From a virus, in the IMG/VR virus record IMGVR_UViG_3300036715_000153, positions 64,001 to 128,000 of that record: a DNA stretch of 64,000 nt. One strand, written 5' to 3'. Both the position numbers and the translations under genes were made by a program. The notes beneath the pieces were generated by a model. That model was not told the DNA's origin, did not search any database, and saw only the letters and a program-made list of their open reading frames with translations. Positions 39,300 to 49,867 of this stretch are shown here, in pieces; the first letter of the stretch is position 1; each line of letters begins with the position of its first letter.

Positions 39300-41177
39300 A
39301 TGGCTAAAGACGAAATCAAAACAGCAGAAGAAAAAGCAAAAGCATCCGCTAAAGCTAGGGCCGACGCCAGTAAAAAAGTGGGAGCGATAAGCGGAGTTAA
39401 TGCTGGATCGGATTTACTAAACTCGTTTCTTCAAGAACAGATTCGACTGTTAAAGCTAGAAGAAAAGGCTGCAGTTGCCCAAGAAAAGTTAGACGCGATA
39501 TTACTAAAGAATGCTAAAGGAGAAGCATCTGACGAAGAACTCGATGTATTAAAAGAGTCCCATAAAGAACTCAAGAAACTGACACTCGAGATAAAGAACC
39601 AGCGCAAGTACGAAAATACAGATATCGTCGGTGCCGACGACACCGAGGACTTAACTAAAGAGATTACGCGATTAGCGGCATTACAAGAAAAGACCCAGAA
39701 GAAGTTTCTCGAGGCTACGTTAGCCGGAGATCAGGAGTCGATGGATAAAATTAGCAAACAGATGGAGGCTATCGTAGCCGGACAGAAGTCTGCTGAGTCT
39801 GCCGTATCTGACATCGAGACTAGAAAGAAAGGTGGCGCAAGGGGTTTGATGTCTTATGCAGGTGGCGCCGCAAAAGAGTTTATAGGCAGCAAGATAGAAG
39901 AACACGCTCCAGTCATAGCAGATCTATGGGATAGATACACTGGAATGAAAAAGAACCAAGCCGTTCAAAGACAAACTGGACAAAAGGTTACTGGTATCGG
40001 TACTGGTATATTAAACAGCATCGATAAAGCAACTGCTGTAGGTGGCGCAGACAGAGGTTTGATATCCGCGATTAAAGGATCTAAGCAGGGCGAAGACGTA
40101 TCACTAGATGCAGTCGCAAAAGAAGATAATAAAAACATAGAGAAAATCGCTCATGACATCGGGCTGTTATTAGATGAATCTAAGAAGTCCAATAAACTAA
40201 CAGAGGCTCAAGTTGAGTTGGTAGACGACAAGAGAGAAGAGGATGAAGCTAAAGGTAAACTACTTTTAGAAAATAAAACAGAAAAACATGTAGAGAAGAA
40301 GGGACTACCTGCAATAGCGACTGCGCTAACAAAGAAGGACGAGAAGGAATGTCCCAGTATGTTAGAAAGCGTCATTAGTGGAGGAGGTGCGTTGATGAAA
40401 GTCTTACCTGCGCTGATGAGTGCCGCCATTCCTCTCGCTCTAGGTGCGCTTGCCGCCAGTGGTGGATTTGCTATTAAGAAGCTCTGGGACTTGTTCACTA
40501 TGACAGAAGATGATAAGGCGCCGTGGGTTCGAGAACAAAATAAAATGCTCGCAGAAAAGAAAGATGCTTCTGATAAAATTCGAACCGACGAATTAGCTAA
40601 ACAAGGTATAGTAGGAGACGAAGCAAAAAATATGCTCCGTACTACAGATTATAGTAAAGTTGCTGCCCAGAGCGCTGCCGTTGATGTGAGCGGTCCTTCT
40701 ACTGCGGCGTTTGTCCCTGCTATGTCGACTGCCGAGTTTACGAAACACAATGAAGAATTAAAACAACAGGCACTAGCAGATTATGCAGCTAAACAAAACG
40801 CTCCCGATGTTGCGAAGACTCCCGCTATTGTACCTGCAGCTAAGACCGAAGAGCCTAAGGGGAGTGTCATAACTAAGGACCAAGATGCAACCCGTGAAAA
40901 ATTGGAAGCTACCTTATACAAAGGGGGACTCGAGGTCGACGATAATGAGATGAATAAAAAGTTCTCACAATCATCTAAGGCCCTCGCAGCTGCATCAGAA
41001 GCAGCCAAATTAAAAGAAAGGGCAGATAAATCGGATACGGGTAGTCCTAATGTAACAGTTCTACCTGCACCAGTTCCGCCTCCAGTGATTATCAATAATC
41101 AATCTAAGTCATCTAGAAATAGCGACTCGTCTATGACTAGATTAAACAATAGTACACTGGCTGGAGCAGTTTACTAG
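39300..41177 (+). CDS. Putative tape measure protein (gp29-like)
   Basis: K/E/A-rich helical protein with a hydrophobic Gly/Ala segment and PPVIINN C-terminus; follows the frameshifted chaperone pair. Confidence 0.7.
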   Translation: MAKDEIKTAEEKAKASAKARADASKKVGAISGVNAGSDLLNSFLQEQIRLLKLEEKAAVAQEKLDAILLKNAKGEASDEELDVLKESHKELKKLTLEIKNQRKYENTDIVGADDTEDLTKEITRLAALQEKTQKKFLEATLAGDQESMDKISKQMEAIVAGQKSAESAVSDIETRKKGGARGLMSYAGGAAKEFIGSKIEEHAPVIADLWDRYTGMKKNQAVQRQTGQKVTGIGTGILNSIDKATAVGGADRGLISAIKGSKQGEDVSLDAVAKEDNKNIEKIAHDIGLLLDESKKSNKLTEAQVELVDDKREEDEAKGKLLLENKTEKHVEKKGLPAIATALTKKDEKECPSMLESVISGGGALMKVLPALMSAAIPLALGALAASGGFAIKKLWDLFTMTEDDKAPWVREQNKMLAEKKDASDKIRTDELAKQGIVGDEAKNMLRTTDYSKVAAQSAAVDVSGPSTAAFVPAMSTAEFTKHNEELKQQALADYAAKQNAPDVAKTPAIVPAAKTEEPKGSVITKDQDATREKLEATLYKGGLEVDDNEMNKKFSQSSKALAAASEAAKLKERADKSDTGSPNVTVLPAPVPPPVIINNQSKSSRNSDSSMTRLNNSTLAGAVY

Positions 41178-42244
41178 AAACCGAGATACTTTGCAGCTTT
41201 ACCGCCGTATTTGCTGTCTTTGATGTCTTTGACAAACTGGTCGATCTTACCCAGCGGTGGCGCTGGCTTTGGAGCTGGTTTAGCCGCGGCTTTGTACTCA
41301 CCGTATGTCAATGGCTGTTTAACTCTATCGGCGATCTCAATTGGTATTACGTTTTCGACTGCCATCTGTAGCGTTAATCTATGATACTCGCCTTGTGCTG
41401 CGGTGTTAAGGTCTAAAGACCCTGCAGCCTTAGGGAACGTTCCTTTAAGCAACACACAGTAGACGTCGTTATTAGTTTCGTCTGTTTGGTATAAGTAAAT
41501 GTCTGCTGCATAGTCATCGAAGAATCTAGGACTACCTCTTTTAAAGTTATAGATAGAGTTCGCCCATCTATCGAAGAATGCCTTTTCATCCATATCACCG
41601 AAGCAACGTAGTACCAACGATACTTCGTCTATGTTATATCCTGTTGCTATAGGTGTGTGGTATCCGCCATAATTTGTAGATACTGTATCGAAGCTAATTC
41701 CGGGAAACGCAAAACTCTCGATAGAATATCCTAGCAATGTACTACTAAGATCACCTTGTTCTGTTACCTTCCTCGCCAAACTATGCTTTTCTACTATCCA
41801 GTCGGCAAGTATGATTGGTGGAGGGACGAACTCAATTCTAAAACGGTTGGTCTTCGATAAACCTTTGTCTTTAATGTACGTTAAGAAACTGCGAATGCTG
41901 ATCTGGGTATCTGCGTTGTACGGCAGATGCTCGAGCTGATACACATCGCCTGTAGGATCTAGCGGAGGATACGTTTCGGCTTGAACGCTAGCCTTCTTCT
42001 TAAGAAACTCTTCGGTCGGGTCTTTAAGTCCAACTAGAACCTGAAAATCTTCGTAGCCGGCCTGACCTTGCTTTACTGTATCGAAAATCTGTCTGGCGGC
42101 TCCTTGTGCGCCGCCCTTTACATCTCCAACCTTTCCCTTAGTTTCACTTAGCGCCCCAGTAAACTTAGATGTCGTATTAGACAGGTTTGCTTTAGCATCA
42201 TTAAGCGGTTGCGTAATCTGCTTTGTAAAATCGAACAGTCCCAT
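41174..42244 (-). CDS. gp54: Baseplate tail-tube initiator
   Basis: GLSKTNRFRIEF, FFDRW, FFDDY, TFPK; next to gp2 and gp4. Confidence 0.75.
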   Translation of the reverse strand: MGLFDFTKQITQPLNDAKANLSNTTSKFTGALSETKGKVGDVKGGAQGAARQIFDTVKQGQAGYEDFQVLVGLKDPTEEFLKKKASVQAETYPPLDPTGDVYQLEHLPYNADTQISIRSFLTYIKDKGLSKTNRFRIEFVPPPIILADWIVEKHSLARKVTEQGDLSSTLLGYSIESFAFPGISFDTVSTNYGGYHTPIATGYNIDEVSLVLRCFGDMDEKAFFDRWANSIYNFKRGSPRFFDDYAADIYLYQTDETNNDVYCVLLKGTFPKAAGSLDLNTAAQGEYHRLTLQMAVENVIPIEIADRVKQPLTYGEYKAAAKPAPKPAPPLGKIDQFVKDIKDSKYGGKAAKYLGF

Positions 42245-42246
42245 GA

Positions 42247-42789
42247 TTATTTGTTGTACTTGAATTGAGCAAACGGAAGTGAAATAACCATTTCGAAAAA
42301 TGATCTGTGAATGTTTATCGCTGGTGATGCAATGTGGTCGAACAGGTACATCTTAGTAAACGGTGCATAAGCAGTTGCGACTTCCCCTAACACTGTCTGA
42401 ATCGCGCGGAGACTGCCCAGTTCTGTTTTAGTAGATTCGCCAGCTTTAAGTAACGCCACTATGATTTTAATTCTATGTGCGGGAGGAATATAGTGAAGAT
42501 TAATTCCTTTCCAAGATCTAGCATCGACAGATGTAACTAACACAAGTGGAAACGCATCCCATACAGGCAACGTATCTTTGTGTTTTGCATCGTATAGATA
42601 CGTCACAAGCATCCCAGGCTTAAACTTAGTAATCGCTGTTCCTTCGCGCTTTAATTGCGATAGGGTAGTGTTGCTTATGTTTTTCTTTATATAGTCAGAG
42701 AACCATTTCGCAGACTTGGCGGTACCCATAGGAGTAGTCTTCTTACCCCGAGAATTCCAAGCATTAATTAATTCGGAACTTAACGACAT
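42247..42789 (-). CDS. gp2: DNA end protector
   Basis: YDAKHKDTLPVWDAFPLV, GINLHYIPP. Confidence 0.93.
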   Translation of the reverse strand: MSLSSELINAWNSRGKKTTPMGTAKSAKWFSDYIKKNISNTTLSQLKREGTAITKFKPGMLVTYLYDAKHKDTLPVWDAFPLVLVTSVDARSWKGINLHYIPPAHRIKIIVALLKAGESTKTELGSLRAIQTVLGEVATAYAPFTKMYLFDHIASPAINIHRSFFEMVISLPFAQFKYNK

Positions 42790-43256
42790 TATCTTTTACC
42801 TTTACGGGGATACAGATGATGTTCGGTCAACACAACAAACTCATAACCTCTTGCAGCGGCATACGCCGATGCTGCTTCCCACTTACATTGATTCTTGATA
42901 TACGTTTCTATCTCTTTTGAATATCGCATCTGAGCCTTTCTATTATTCGTTTTAGGCGGCGTAGGCTTATTAACTTCCTTAGACGGCTTAATCTCGATTA
43001 GCAAAGTCTTAACAGTATTGTCGTTAGATCTGATTTTGACTAAAAAATCTACAAAATACCTATGGTTCTTGTTATCTACTGGAAAATAATATGGAACGAC
43101 GATAGTTTCAGATGACCACTCTATTACGTTTTCTCTTGAGTCGCACCACTTACACATGCGCTGCTCCCAGGAAGACCGATATACTATGTCAGATGAGTCC
43201 CCTATATACTTTTGAGGGTTAACGCATACATATTTTCCTTGCTTATATTTACCCAT
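42789..43256 (-). CDS. gp4: Head completion nuclease
   Basis: NPQKYIGD, YRSSWE, HRYFVDF, IEIKP, NQCKWEAA. Confidence 0.95.
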   Translation of the reverse strand: MGKYKQGKYVCVNPQKYIGDSSDIVYRSSWEQRMCKWCDSRENVIEWSSETIVVPYYFPVDNKNHRYFVDFLVKIRSNDNTVKTLLIEIKPSKEVNKPTPPKTNNRKAQMRYSKEIETYIKNQCKWEAASAYAAARGYEFVVLTEHHLYPRKGKR

Positions 43257-43263
43257 CTAGCTA

Positions 43264-43292
43264 ACTAAATATAATTATATCGTTAATTTAGT
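43264..43292. promoter_or_regulatory. Crossed divergent late promoters (ACTAAATA on +, ACTAAATT on -)
   Basis: Motif on each strand in the 46-nt gap between gp4 and gp48. Confidence 0.7.
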
Positions 43293-43302
43293 TTATAATT
43301 TC

Positions 43303-44409
43303 ATGGCAAATCGGCAGACAGATGTGAACGTAGGTAAGGGTTCTAAAGAATCGTACTCCGTGGCCTTTAATAAAGGGGCGATCGGCAAGTTACAGTTTCC
43401 CTCAGATATCGGAACCGACGCGAGACCGAACTTTATTGTTATTTATATAAATGAAGTTTCAGGCACAAAATATTTCTCGTCTATATCTAACAGACTTGCA
43501 AAGACAGATCAGCCTGCGAGTGGCGGAGCGAATACAGGTGCAAGCTCCTTGCAGACAGGAGGCAAAGTTCCTGAAACATCAACACTAGCAACCGCGTCGG
43601 GAATATATAATAAATCGTTGCTGGAGGGGTTAAAGACGTATGCCGCAGGTAAAGCGGGGGATAACAAGGCATTTAATAGACTGTTGAGTATAATTGCACT
43701 ACCTATGCCGGCTCAGTTTGCTGCGCCTCTAACTACATCTTGGGCAGGAAACGATGCTTCTGCATATACGCTAGCAAAAGCAATGAGTAACCCTGGGTTC
43801 GGCGACGTAGCATCAAAGATAAAGGAATCGCTAGTTAACAAGCAAATGGCTGAAGCAAAGCAAGGTGCTAATTCGAATAGAGTGGTATCAAACCCGGCAA
43901 TGGAGTCGTCGTTTCAATCGGTGAGCCCTCGCAGCTATGAAATGACGTGGGAGTTATATCCTAAGAACTTAACTGAGGCTAAAGCTATCTGGGATATTAT
44001 TCAGATACTCAAAGCGTTTGCCTTGCCCTCGATGGCAGCAGGTGGGTCTTTATTGTTGTCACCTGCGATATTTGATTTTGAGTTCCATCATAAAACAAGT
44101 AGGAACGATTGGTTACCAAAGTCGCTATCTTGTGCGATACAGAACATATCTGTAAACTACATTATGGGTGGAGGATTCTCTGGATTCGACTTATCGGGTG
44201 GTCAATCTGAATATCTGAATGTTCTCGATAATGCCAAACCACTAAAAGATGGGTCGCCATCAACTGGAATATCTCTAAGCGTATCGTTTACTGAGATTGA
44301 AGTTCTTACTCGCGATAGGTTGGACGTGGGGTCATCAGAAAATGCGAGTGGTCGGGAACCATTTACATTTAACATAGGCGGATATTCATCGAATGACGGT
44401 ACACTATAA
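43303..44409 (+). CDS. gp48: Baseplate tail-tube cap
   Basis: LQFPSDI, IALPMP, NPAMESSF..PRSY, LSVSFTEIEVLTR. Confidence 0.85.
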   Translation: MANRQTDVNVGKGSKESYSVAFNKGAIGKLQFPSDIGTDARPNFIVIYINEVSGTKYFSSISNRLAKTDQPASGGANTGASSLQTGGKVPETSTLATASGIYNKSLLEGLKTYAAGKAGDNKAFNRLLSIIALPMPAQFAAPLTTSWAGNDASAYTLAKAMSNPGFGDVASKIKESLVNKQMAEAKQGANSNRVVSNPAMESSFQSVSPRSYEMTWELYPKNLTEAKAIWDIIQILKAFALPSMAAGGSLLLSPAIFDFEFHHKTSRNDWLPKSLSCAIQNISVNYIMGGGFSGFDLSGGQSEYLNVLDNAKPLKDGSPSTGISLSVSFTEIEVLTRDRLDVGSSENASGREPFTFNIGGYSSNDGTL

Positions 44410-44915
44410 TGTCTAATATATTCTTTTCAAATTTCCCAGTAGTAGACTATTGGATTGGATCAGACGCACCCACTAGAATCCGACACATCATGCCCAGATT
44501 TAAGTTGGTAGACTTAGTTGGGAATAATTCTGGTAACTACGACATATATCGAATGACAGATGGCGACACACTAGAAAGCGTGGCTCAGCTGGTTTACGGC
44601 GATGCTCGTTGGTACTGGGTGCTCGCGCTATACAACAATATATCTGACCCATACGAATCTTTGCCTATCTCTAACTCAGACTTAATCGCCCGCGTTAAAG
44701 AAGTGTACGGAGATGATAAGGTCAACGCAGTACATCACTACGAAGATGACATCGGCAACGAGTGTGGACAGTATGCTGATGGATCACCTCAGCCTGTAAC
44801 TAACTTCCAATACGAAGATAGATTAAATACAGAGAAAAGAAAGATAAAGATTCCAAATTCTAAATATCTACAAAACTTCCAACAGATGCTTGAAGATGTT
44901 ACGAAAGACCTATAA
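44409..44915 (+). CDS. gp53: Baseplate wedge subunit
   Basis: FFSNFP, VYGDARWYWV, VHHYE, YEDRLNTEKRKIKI. Confidence 0.9.
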   Translation: MSNIFFSNFPVVDYWIGSDAPTRIRHIMPRFKLVDLVGNNSGNYDIYRMTDGDTLESVAQLVYGDARWYWVLALYNNISDPYESLPISNSDLIARVKEVYGDDKVNAVHHYEDDIGNECGQYADGSPQPVTNFQYEDRLNTEKRKIKIPNSKYLQNFQQMLEDVTKDL

Positions 44916-46186
44916 TGTCAGAATTACCACAAAAATCTGGCTCAGTAAAATATAGTAGAATAGAGCTCACATCACACACAGGCGATGTAGCAGATATCCA
45001 ACACATAACACAGCAAGTGGACTTATATGAGGATCTGTTTGCTAACCATTTATCTGGTAGCATCACCATACTAGATGCGACTGGTTTTTCTTCGATGTTC
45101 CCGGTAATCGGACAAGAAACACTTCTGATGCAATACCGAGTAGTTGGTGCGGATTTAAAAGAACTACGACTCGCAGTATATAAAGTAGAACGAGTTCAGT
45201 CTACTCAAAATGCGGACTTAGTAAAAATGCACTTTGTATCTCAAGAAGCATATATAGGTCTAACTACAGTAATATCTAAGTCTTTTAAAGGTAGCGCTGC
45301 TAGTATAGTGAAGACGGTGTTCGACGACTATATCGGTACAGGTAAGCCTATGAACATAGAAAACTCTAAGTTCCCGATTAATGTTATCGCCCCAAAGTGG
45401 AATCCGTTTTATTTTATTAATTGGCTAGCAGGCAGAGCCATACCCGCCGATGGAAAGACACCGTCCTTTTTCTTTTACGAAACGATATCTGGGTTTAACT
45501 TTGTATCGCTAGAGTCTAAGTTTAAGACTCCATCTAAGGGTGTTTGGCGTAAACAGTTACCAAACGCATCTCAGTCTGCCAACTCCCCGGACTTCGATAA
45601 ACTATCATATAACACAACAACAATCCACTCATACGAATTATTAGAAGCATTCGACTTTATCACATCTCAACTACACGGCATGATAGGTTCTGAGATGTAT
45701 GTAGTAGATAGTCTTAGCAACGGGTATAGAAAGATAACGTTCGATTACTTAGAAGAGTTTAAGAAATCGAAACACCTAAACGAATCCCCGATATCCGTCA
45801 GGACTACATCGTTCGGTCACACATTTAACTCCCCAGGTATAACTAGAATCGCACATGATAGCTCTAGAGCCTTTACTGGGCTAGATACTGCTAATAAATA
45901 TGAGGAGTGGGTACTGCCGAGAATATCTTTTATGCAACAACTCAACGGACAACGACTACAAATAGAAGTTGCCGGTAACGGCGTAGTTGAAGTCGGTGAT
46001 GTGGTGACGATATTTATTCCTCTGGTAGCATCATCAGAAACACTAGAGCCTAGGCCAGATCCTATTCTGTCCGGGAACTATATTATAACAGCAATTCATC
46101 ATGTAATGGGATTAACTACACACGAAATGATCGTAGAGTTATGTAAGGAGTCGACGATTACAATACCTAAGGTAGATAGAAAATGA
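44915..46186 (+). CDS. gp27: Baseplate hub protein (gp27-like)
   Basis: LYEDLF, PVIGQE, FFFYETISGFNFVSLE, SGNYIITAIHH; precedes gp5. Confidence 0.75.
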   Translation: MSELPQKSGSVKYSRIELTSHTGDVADIQHITQQVDLYEDLFANHLSGSITILDATGFSSMFPVIGQETLLMQYRVVGADLKELRLAVYKVERVQSTQNADLVKMHFVSQEAYIGLTTVISKSFKGSAASIVKTVFDDYIGTGKPMNIENSKFPINVIAPKWNPFYFINWLAGRAIPADGKTPSFFFYETISGFNFVSLESKFKTPSKGVWRKQLPNASQSANSPDFDKLSYNTTTIHSYELLEAFDFITSQLHGMIGSEMYVVDSLSNGYRKITFDYLEEFKKSKHLNESPISVRTTSFGHTFNSPGITRIAHDSSRAFTGLDTANKYEEWVLPRISFMQQLNGQRLQIEVAGNGVVEVGDVVTIFIPLVASSETLEPRPDPILSGNYIITAIHHVMGLTTHEMIVELCKESTITIPKVDRK

Positions 46187-48942
46187 AACGGGATTTAGGA
46201 CCAACACCAACAATATTCTTCATCGGTATCGTCGAAGATAGAAACGACCCTGAAGAGCTGGGTCGCGTCAGAGTCAGAGTGTTTGGACTACACACAGAAT
46301 CTAAAGTAGACATTCCAACTAAAGACTTGCCTTGGTCTCCAGTTATCATGAGCTCGACTAATCCAGGTAAGTCTGGTGTAGGTTGGTCGCCTAATGGCTT
46401 AGTGCCAGGATCTAAGGTAATCGGGTATTTCTCAGATGGCGCCGCTCAACAACAATATGTCGTCCTCGGGTCGCACTTAGGCATTAACGATGATGTTTAC
46501 GGCGGGCCGCAGTCGGCGATACCCGCAGCAGATGCTAAGTCCCCTGCGGTTGTTAATGCTGCTAATCCAGCGACATCTACAAATCGCGTAGATGCAAATG
46601 GTAATCCTTTACCAGACGGAGTCGCGCAAGATCCAAATACAGTACCCAGAGAAAATGCCCCAGAGGTTGTTACTGTTATAATTCCGCCTTGGAAGCTAGG
46701 CCAATCGTCTATATCATATGAAACAGAACGTAGATCTCCCGGAGACATCACTATAGTAGATGGCGTAGCATTCTATGGTAAGTGGATGTTTAGTAGCCAA
46801 ACTGAAGATTTAAAGTCTTATGTTAAGGTGTGCCCATATACAGTTGAGTTCGGTGGTCTGGATGTACCGGGAACCCAGTTTAATTATATCTGGGGCAACT
46901 TGGGTAAAACGAATACGACTGAGTTTGCTGACGATCAATATGACTATGTTAAGAAAACTGTATATCAAAAACTGATTGCCAAACTCGCTCACGTTCAGAT
47001 GTCCGAACGAGGCAACGGAGTGCAAGATTGTATCTGGGCTACTTCTGTTTTATATGGGGTTACTGGTGGACTGAAAGTTGTTAATAGAGCACTCGCCGAT
47101 AAAGACCTGACTGAGATTACCGACGTCGATATCGTAACGCTTATCCAAGACGATAAAGTTCGTAATATTGCAGAAGACTTTAAAGGTAAATCTACAGATG
47201 GACTCGCAGCTAGGTTTGCTGCAGAAAAGTCTGCGATGCTCCTGTTATGCGAAGACGTTGCTACGCCAGACTTACCACCGACACCTGTACCTGCTACAGA
47301 TATATACAAACAACCTATAATTAAACCTCTACCCGCGAATACAAGAAAAGAACCGACAGAAGATAAAGAGCCCGCAGGTTTTAAAGATCCTAAAGGAGTA
47401 TATCCTAAGAAGTTGTATAAGGGGGCGGCAGATACCAATCATCAAGCAAGAAACAAGTCTAGTATCACAGGCACTGCTACCGATGCAAAGTCTAAGTCTA
47501 TACTAAGTAACGCTGGCGAACCGGCTTCTCCATACAAGGCAAAGTATCCATATAATAAGGTATATGAATCTGAGTCTGGTCATGTTATAGAAATCGACGA
47601 TACGATAGGTGGTGAGCGAGTCCACGTGTATCATAGATCTGGGTCATATATAGAGTTTTATCCAGACGGCACGATCGTAAAGAAGTCGGTTAAAGACGAC
47701 ACAGAAATAGTTCTTAGCAATAAGTCTGTATATGTCGTAGGTACGTGTAATATTACTGTAGAAGGCAACACTGCTGTGAAGTGCATGGGAAGTATAGACA
47801 TCCAAGCTAAAGATGACATATCTATGATGGCAGGTGGCAATATTTCTATTATGGCAGGTGGCGATCTTGTAGCAAGCTCTGCCCGTAACAGTAACTTCCA
47901 GGCGGGTAAACAAGCTTCTATGGATGCTCCTAAGATCGTACAGAACGCCGGTGCTGCTGGTGCAGTCAAGATAGATATCGGCAGTAAGATAGAAGCACAG
48001 ATGGCTATGGCAGAACAAACAGATGCGGGGCCCGATGATTCTCCAGACGACGAGCCAGATATATCTGCAGAGCAAGCCAAGGCTGATTTTGAAAAGAAGA
48101 ACGGATATAAGTTACCGACAGACCCAGCAAATACAGCAACATTCAAAGACGAGCCTATCGTAGAAAAGGTTATGACTGTTAGTATATCTAATTCCAATCC
48201 ACATACAGTTACGATAGATGCGGATAGCGTATTAAAGTCTACAGATGGACTGGTCGTGGGTCAGACGTTGTCTGGTACAGGGATTCCTAAGGGAGCATCT
48301 ATCGCTTCAGTAATAGATACGTCGACGTTCACTATAGATAAAGATGTTACTAATTCTGTCGTCTCATCTATCGCATCGTTTGGTCCGCCTGTTGCGAAAC
48401 ATGTAGTCGTCGAAGTTGCACCTACTTCGGGACCATACACACCAGCCTACCAGTTATCTGAGAACGTAACTATTAAAGACATGACAGCAACTCCTGTATC
48501 TCCGTTTAAGCTGGTTGCTCAGGTGGGACTAACAGAAGATCAAATTGTGCAGAATATGAAAGCAGTCGCGGTTAACGTAATCGAGCCGGTTCATAAGTTA
48601 ATGGGTGCCGGTAAATACGCGATCACCAATGCTTTACGAAACGCTGTTGGTGCCAAGTACCCGTCAGACCACCACTTCGGGTCTGCCGTAGACTTCCAAT
48701 TCCCGGGGATTGCTGCTACAGAGATTATCCATATAGCTAAGAAGATATCCGATATATTGCCGGCATACCATCAAGTTATTTTAGAGTACCACGCGAATGC
48801 CCCGGTAGTTCATATCGCTTATCGCTTACCCGGGCATCCTCGAGGCGATAATAAGAAGACTACGCATACTGCGTTCAAGACCCCATTTACAGGAATGCCT
48901 CGCGGCTTCTGTGATAAGAACATGAATTTAATTTACCCGTAA
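46183..48942 (+). CDS. gp5: Baseplate central spike with a muramidase-like domain and a C-terminal M15 peptidase
   Basis: OB fold GIVEDRNDPEELGRVRVRVFGLH; YPYNKVYESESGHVIEIDDT; beta-helix repeats; SDHHFGSAVD. Confidence 0.92.
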   Translation: MKRDLGPTPTIFFIGIVEDRNDPEELGRVRVRVFGLHTESKVDIPTKDLPWSPVIMSSTNPGKSGVGWSPNGLVPGSKVIGYFSDGAAQQQYVVLGSHLGINDDVYGGPQSAIPAADAKSPAVVNAANPATSTNRVDANGNPLPDGVAQDPNTVPRENAPEVVTVIIPPWKLGQSSISYETERRSPGDITIVDGVAFYGKWMFSSQTEDLKSYVKVCPYTVEFGGLDVPGTQFNYIWGNLGKTNTTEFADDQYDYVKKTVYQKLIAKLAHVQMSERGNGVQDCIWATSVLYGVTGGLKVVNRALADKDLTEITDVDIVTLIQDDKVRNIAEDFKGKSTDGLAARFAAEKSAMLLLCEDVATPDLPPTPVPATDIYKQPIIKPLPANTRKEPTEDKEPAGFKDPKGVYPKKLYKGAADTNHQARNKSSITGTATDAKSKSILSNAGEPASPYKAKYPYNKVYESESGHVIEIDDTIGGERVHVYHRSGSYIEFYPDGTIVKKSVKDDTEIVLSNKSVYVVGTCNITVEGNTAVKCMGSIDIQAKDDISMMAGGNISIMAGGDLVASSARNSNFQAGKQASMDAPKIVQNAGAAGAVKIDIGSKIEAQMAMAEQTDAGPDDSPDDEPDISAEQAKADFEKKNGYKLPTDPANTATFKDEPIVEKVMTVSISNSNPHTVTIDADSVLKSTDGLVVGQTLSGTGIPKGASIASVIDTSTFTIDKDVTNSVVSSIASFGPPVAKHVVVEVAPTSGPYTPAYQLSENVTIKDMTATPVSPFKLVAQVGLTEDQIVQNMKAVAVNVIEPVHKLMGAGKYAITNALRNAVGAKYPSDHHFGSAVDFQFPGIAATEIIHIAKKISDILPAYHQVILEYHANAPVVHIAYRLPGHPRGDNKKTTHTAFKTPFTGMPRGFCDKNMNLIYP

Positions 48943-48954
48943 GGAGAACATCGC

Positions 48955-49506
48955 ATGAAAGAACTATCTGGGCTACACGAATCTATCAGACCTAAGGCCG
49001 AGAAGCTAATTCAGTTAGCTAAAGAAAGATTCGACCTTGTAATTAAGATTACTATGACTTTGCGTACTAATAAAGAGCAAACTGCACTCTACGCTAAAGG
49101 TAGAATGTCATTAGTTGAAGTTAACAAGTTGATGAGGATCGCAGGACTTCCTGAGATAACTGCAAAAGAAAACATAATCGTAACCAAGGCATCTTCGGTA
49201 GATACGTCTTTCCATGGCTATGGTATGGCGTTTGATATTGCTGTGTTTGATTCCACTGGTAAGATGGTTAAGTGGGACGATTCGTCTGATTGGAACAATG
49301 ACGGCATTAACGACTGGGCTCAAGTTGGATCGCTGGCAGATGAATGTGGTCTTGAGTGGGGAGGTAACTTCTCTGCTATCCCCGATAAACCGCACTATCA
49401 AGACCGCATGGGTTGGACGATAGCGGCACTCAAGTTGGCTAAGATTCCAGCGGGCGAAGTGTATGTTGGACTACCGTACAATACACCAGCAAAATCAATG
49501 ACTTAA
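48955..49506 (+). CDS. Endolysin, M15C (L-Ala-D-Glu) peptidase family
   Basis: LRTNKEQTALYAKGR, SFHGYGMAFD, GLEWGGNF, DKPHYQ. Confidence 0.9.
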   Translation: MKELSGLHESIRPKAEKLIQLAKERFDLVIKITMTLRTNKEQTALYAKGRMSLVEVNKLMRIAGLPEITAKENIIVTKASSVDTSFHGYGMAFDIAVFDSTGKMVKWDDSSDWNNDGINDWAQVGSLADECGLEWGGNFSAIPDKPHYQDRMGWTIAALKLAKIPAGEVYVGLPYNTPAKSMT

Positions 49507-49569
49507 AATTAAATAGCATTATTTGAGTGCTTTAATACGATTTTAACGTGTAAAGATGTGTAATCGTGG

Positions 49570-49594
49570 AAAAACGGCATTTATGCCGTTTTTT
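49570..49594. terminator. Bidirectional terminator
   Basis: AAAAACGGCAT-TT-ATGCCGTTTTTT between convergent genes. Confidence 0.7.
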
Positions 49595-49622
49595 GTGTTT
49601 ATTAATCAGTGACTTACAACCA

Positions 49623-49793
49623 TCAATTTCCTGTTTGTATAATAGTAACTGGGCCGTGTCCTGCAGTTACATCTTCCCTAAACACTTTACGCTGAATAGC
49701 CACATACTCAACAAAAGTCATCGGTGTTTTCTGTCTAGACTCCAGCGTGCGTACGTAGCTAATATAACCTTCGTTGTAGAATTTGTCGTTCAT
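49623..49793 (-). CDS. Small early protein (56 aa)
   Basis: MNDKFYNEGYISYVRTL...; AAGGAG RBS, its own promoter and terminator. Confidence 0.65.
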   Translation of the reverse strand: MNDKFYNEGYISYVRTLESRQKTPMTFVEYVAIQRKVFREDVTAGHGPVTIIQTGN

Positions 49794-49822
49794 TGTGTAA
49801 TCTCCTTTAAGTTTGTGTAGTG

Positions 49823-49851
49823 ATTATACATTACATTTCAAACAAAGTCAA
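49823..49851 (-). promoter_or_regulatory. Early sigma70-type promoter
   Basis: TTGACT-17 nt-TATAAT followed by CACTACA. Confidence 0.75.
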
Positions 49852-49867
49852 CCTATTTGTATGCGTG

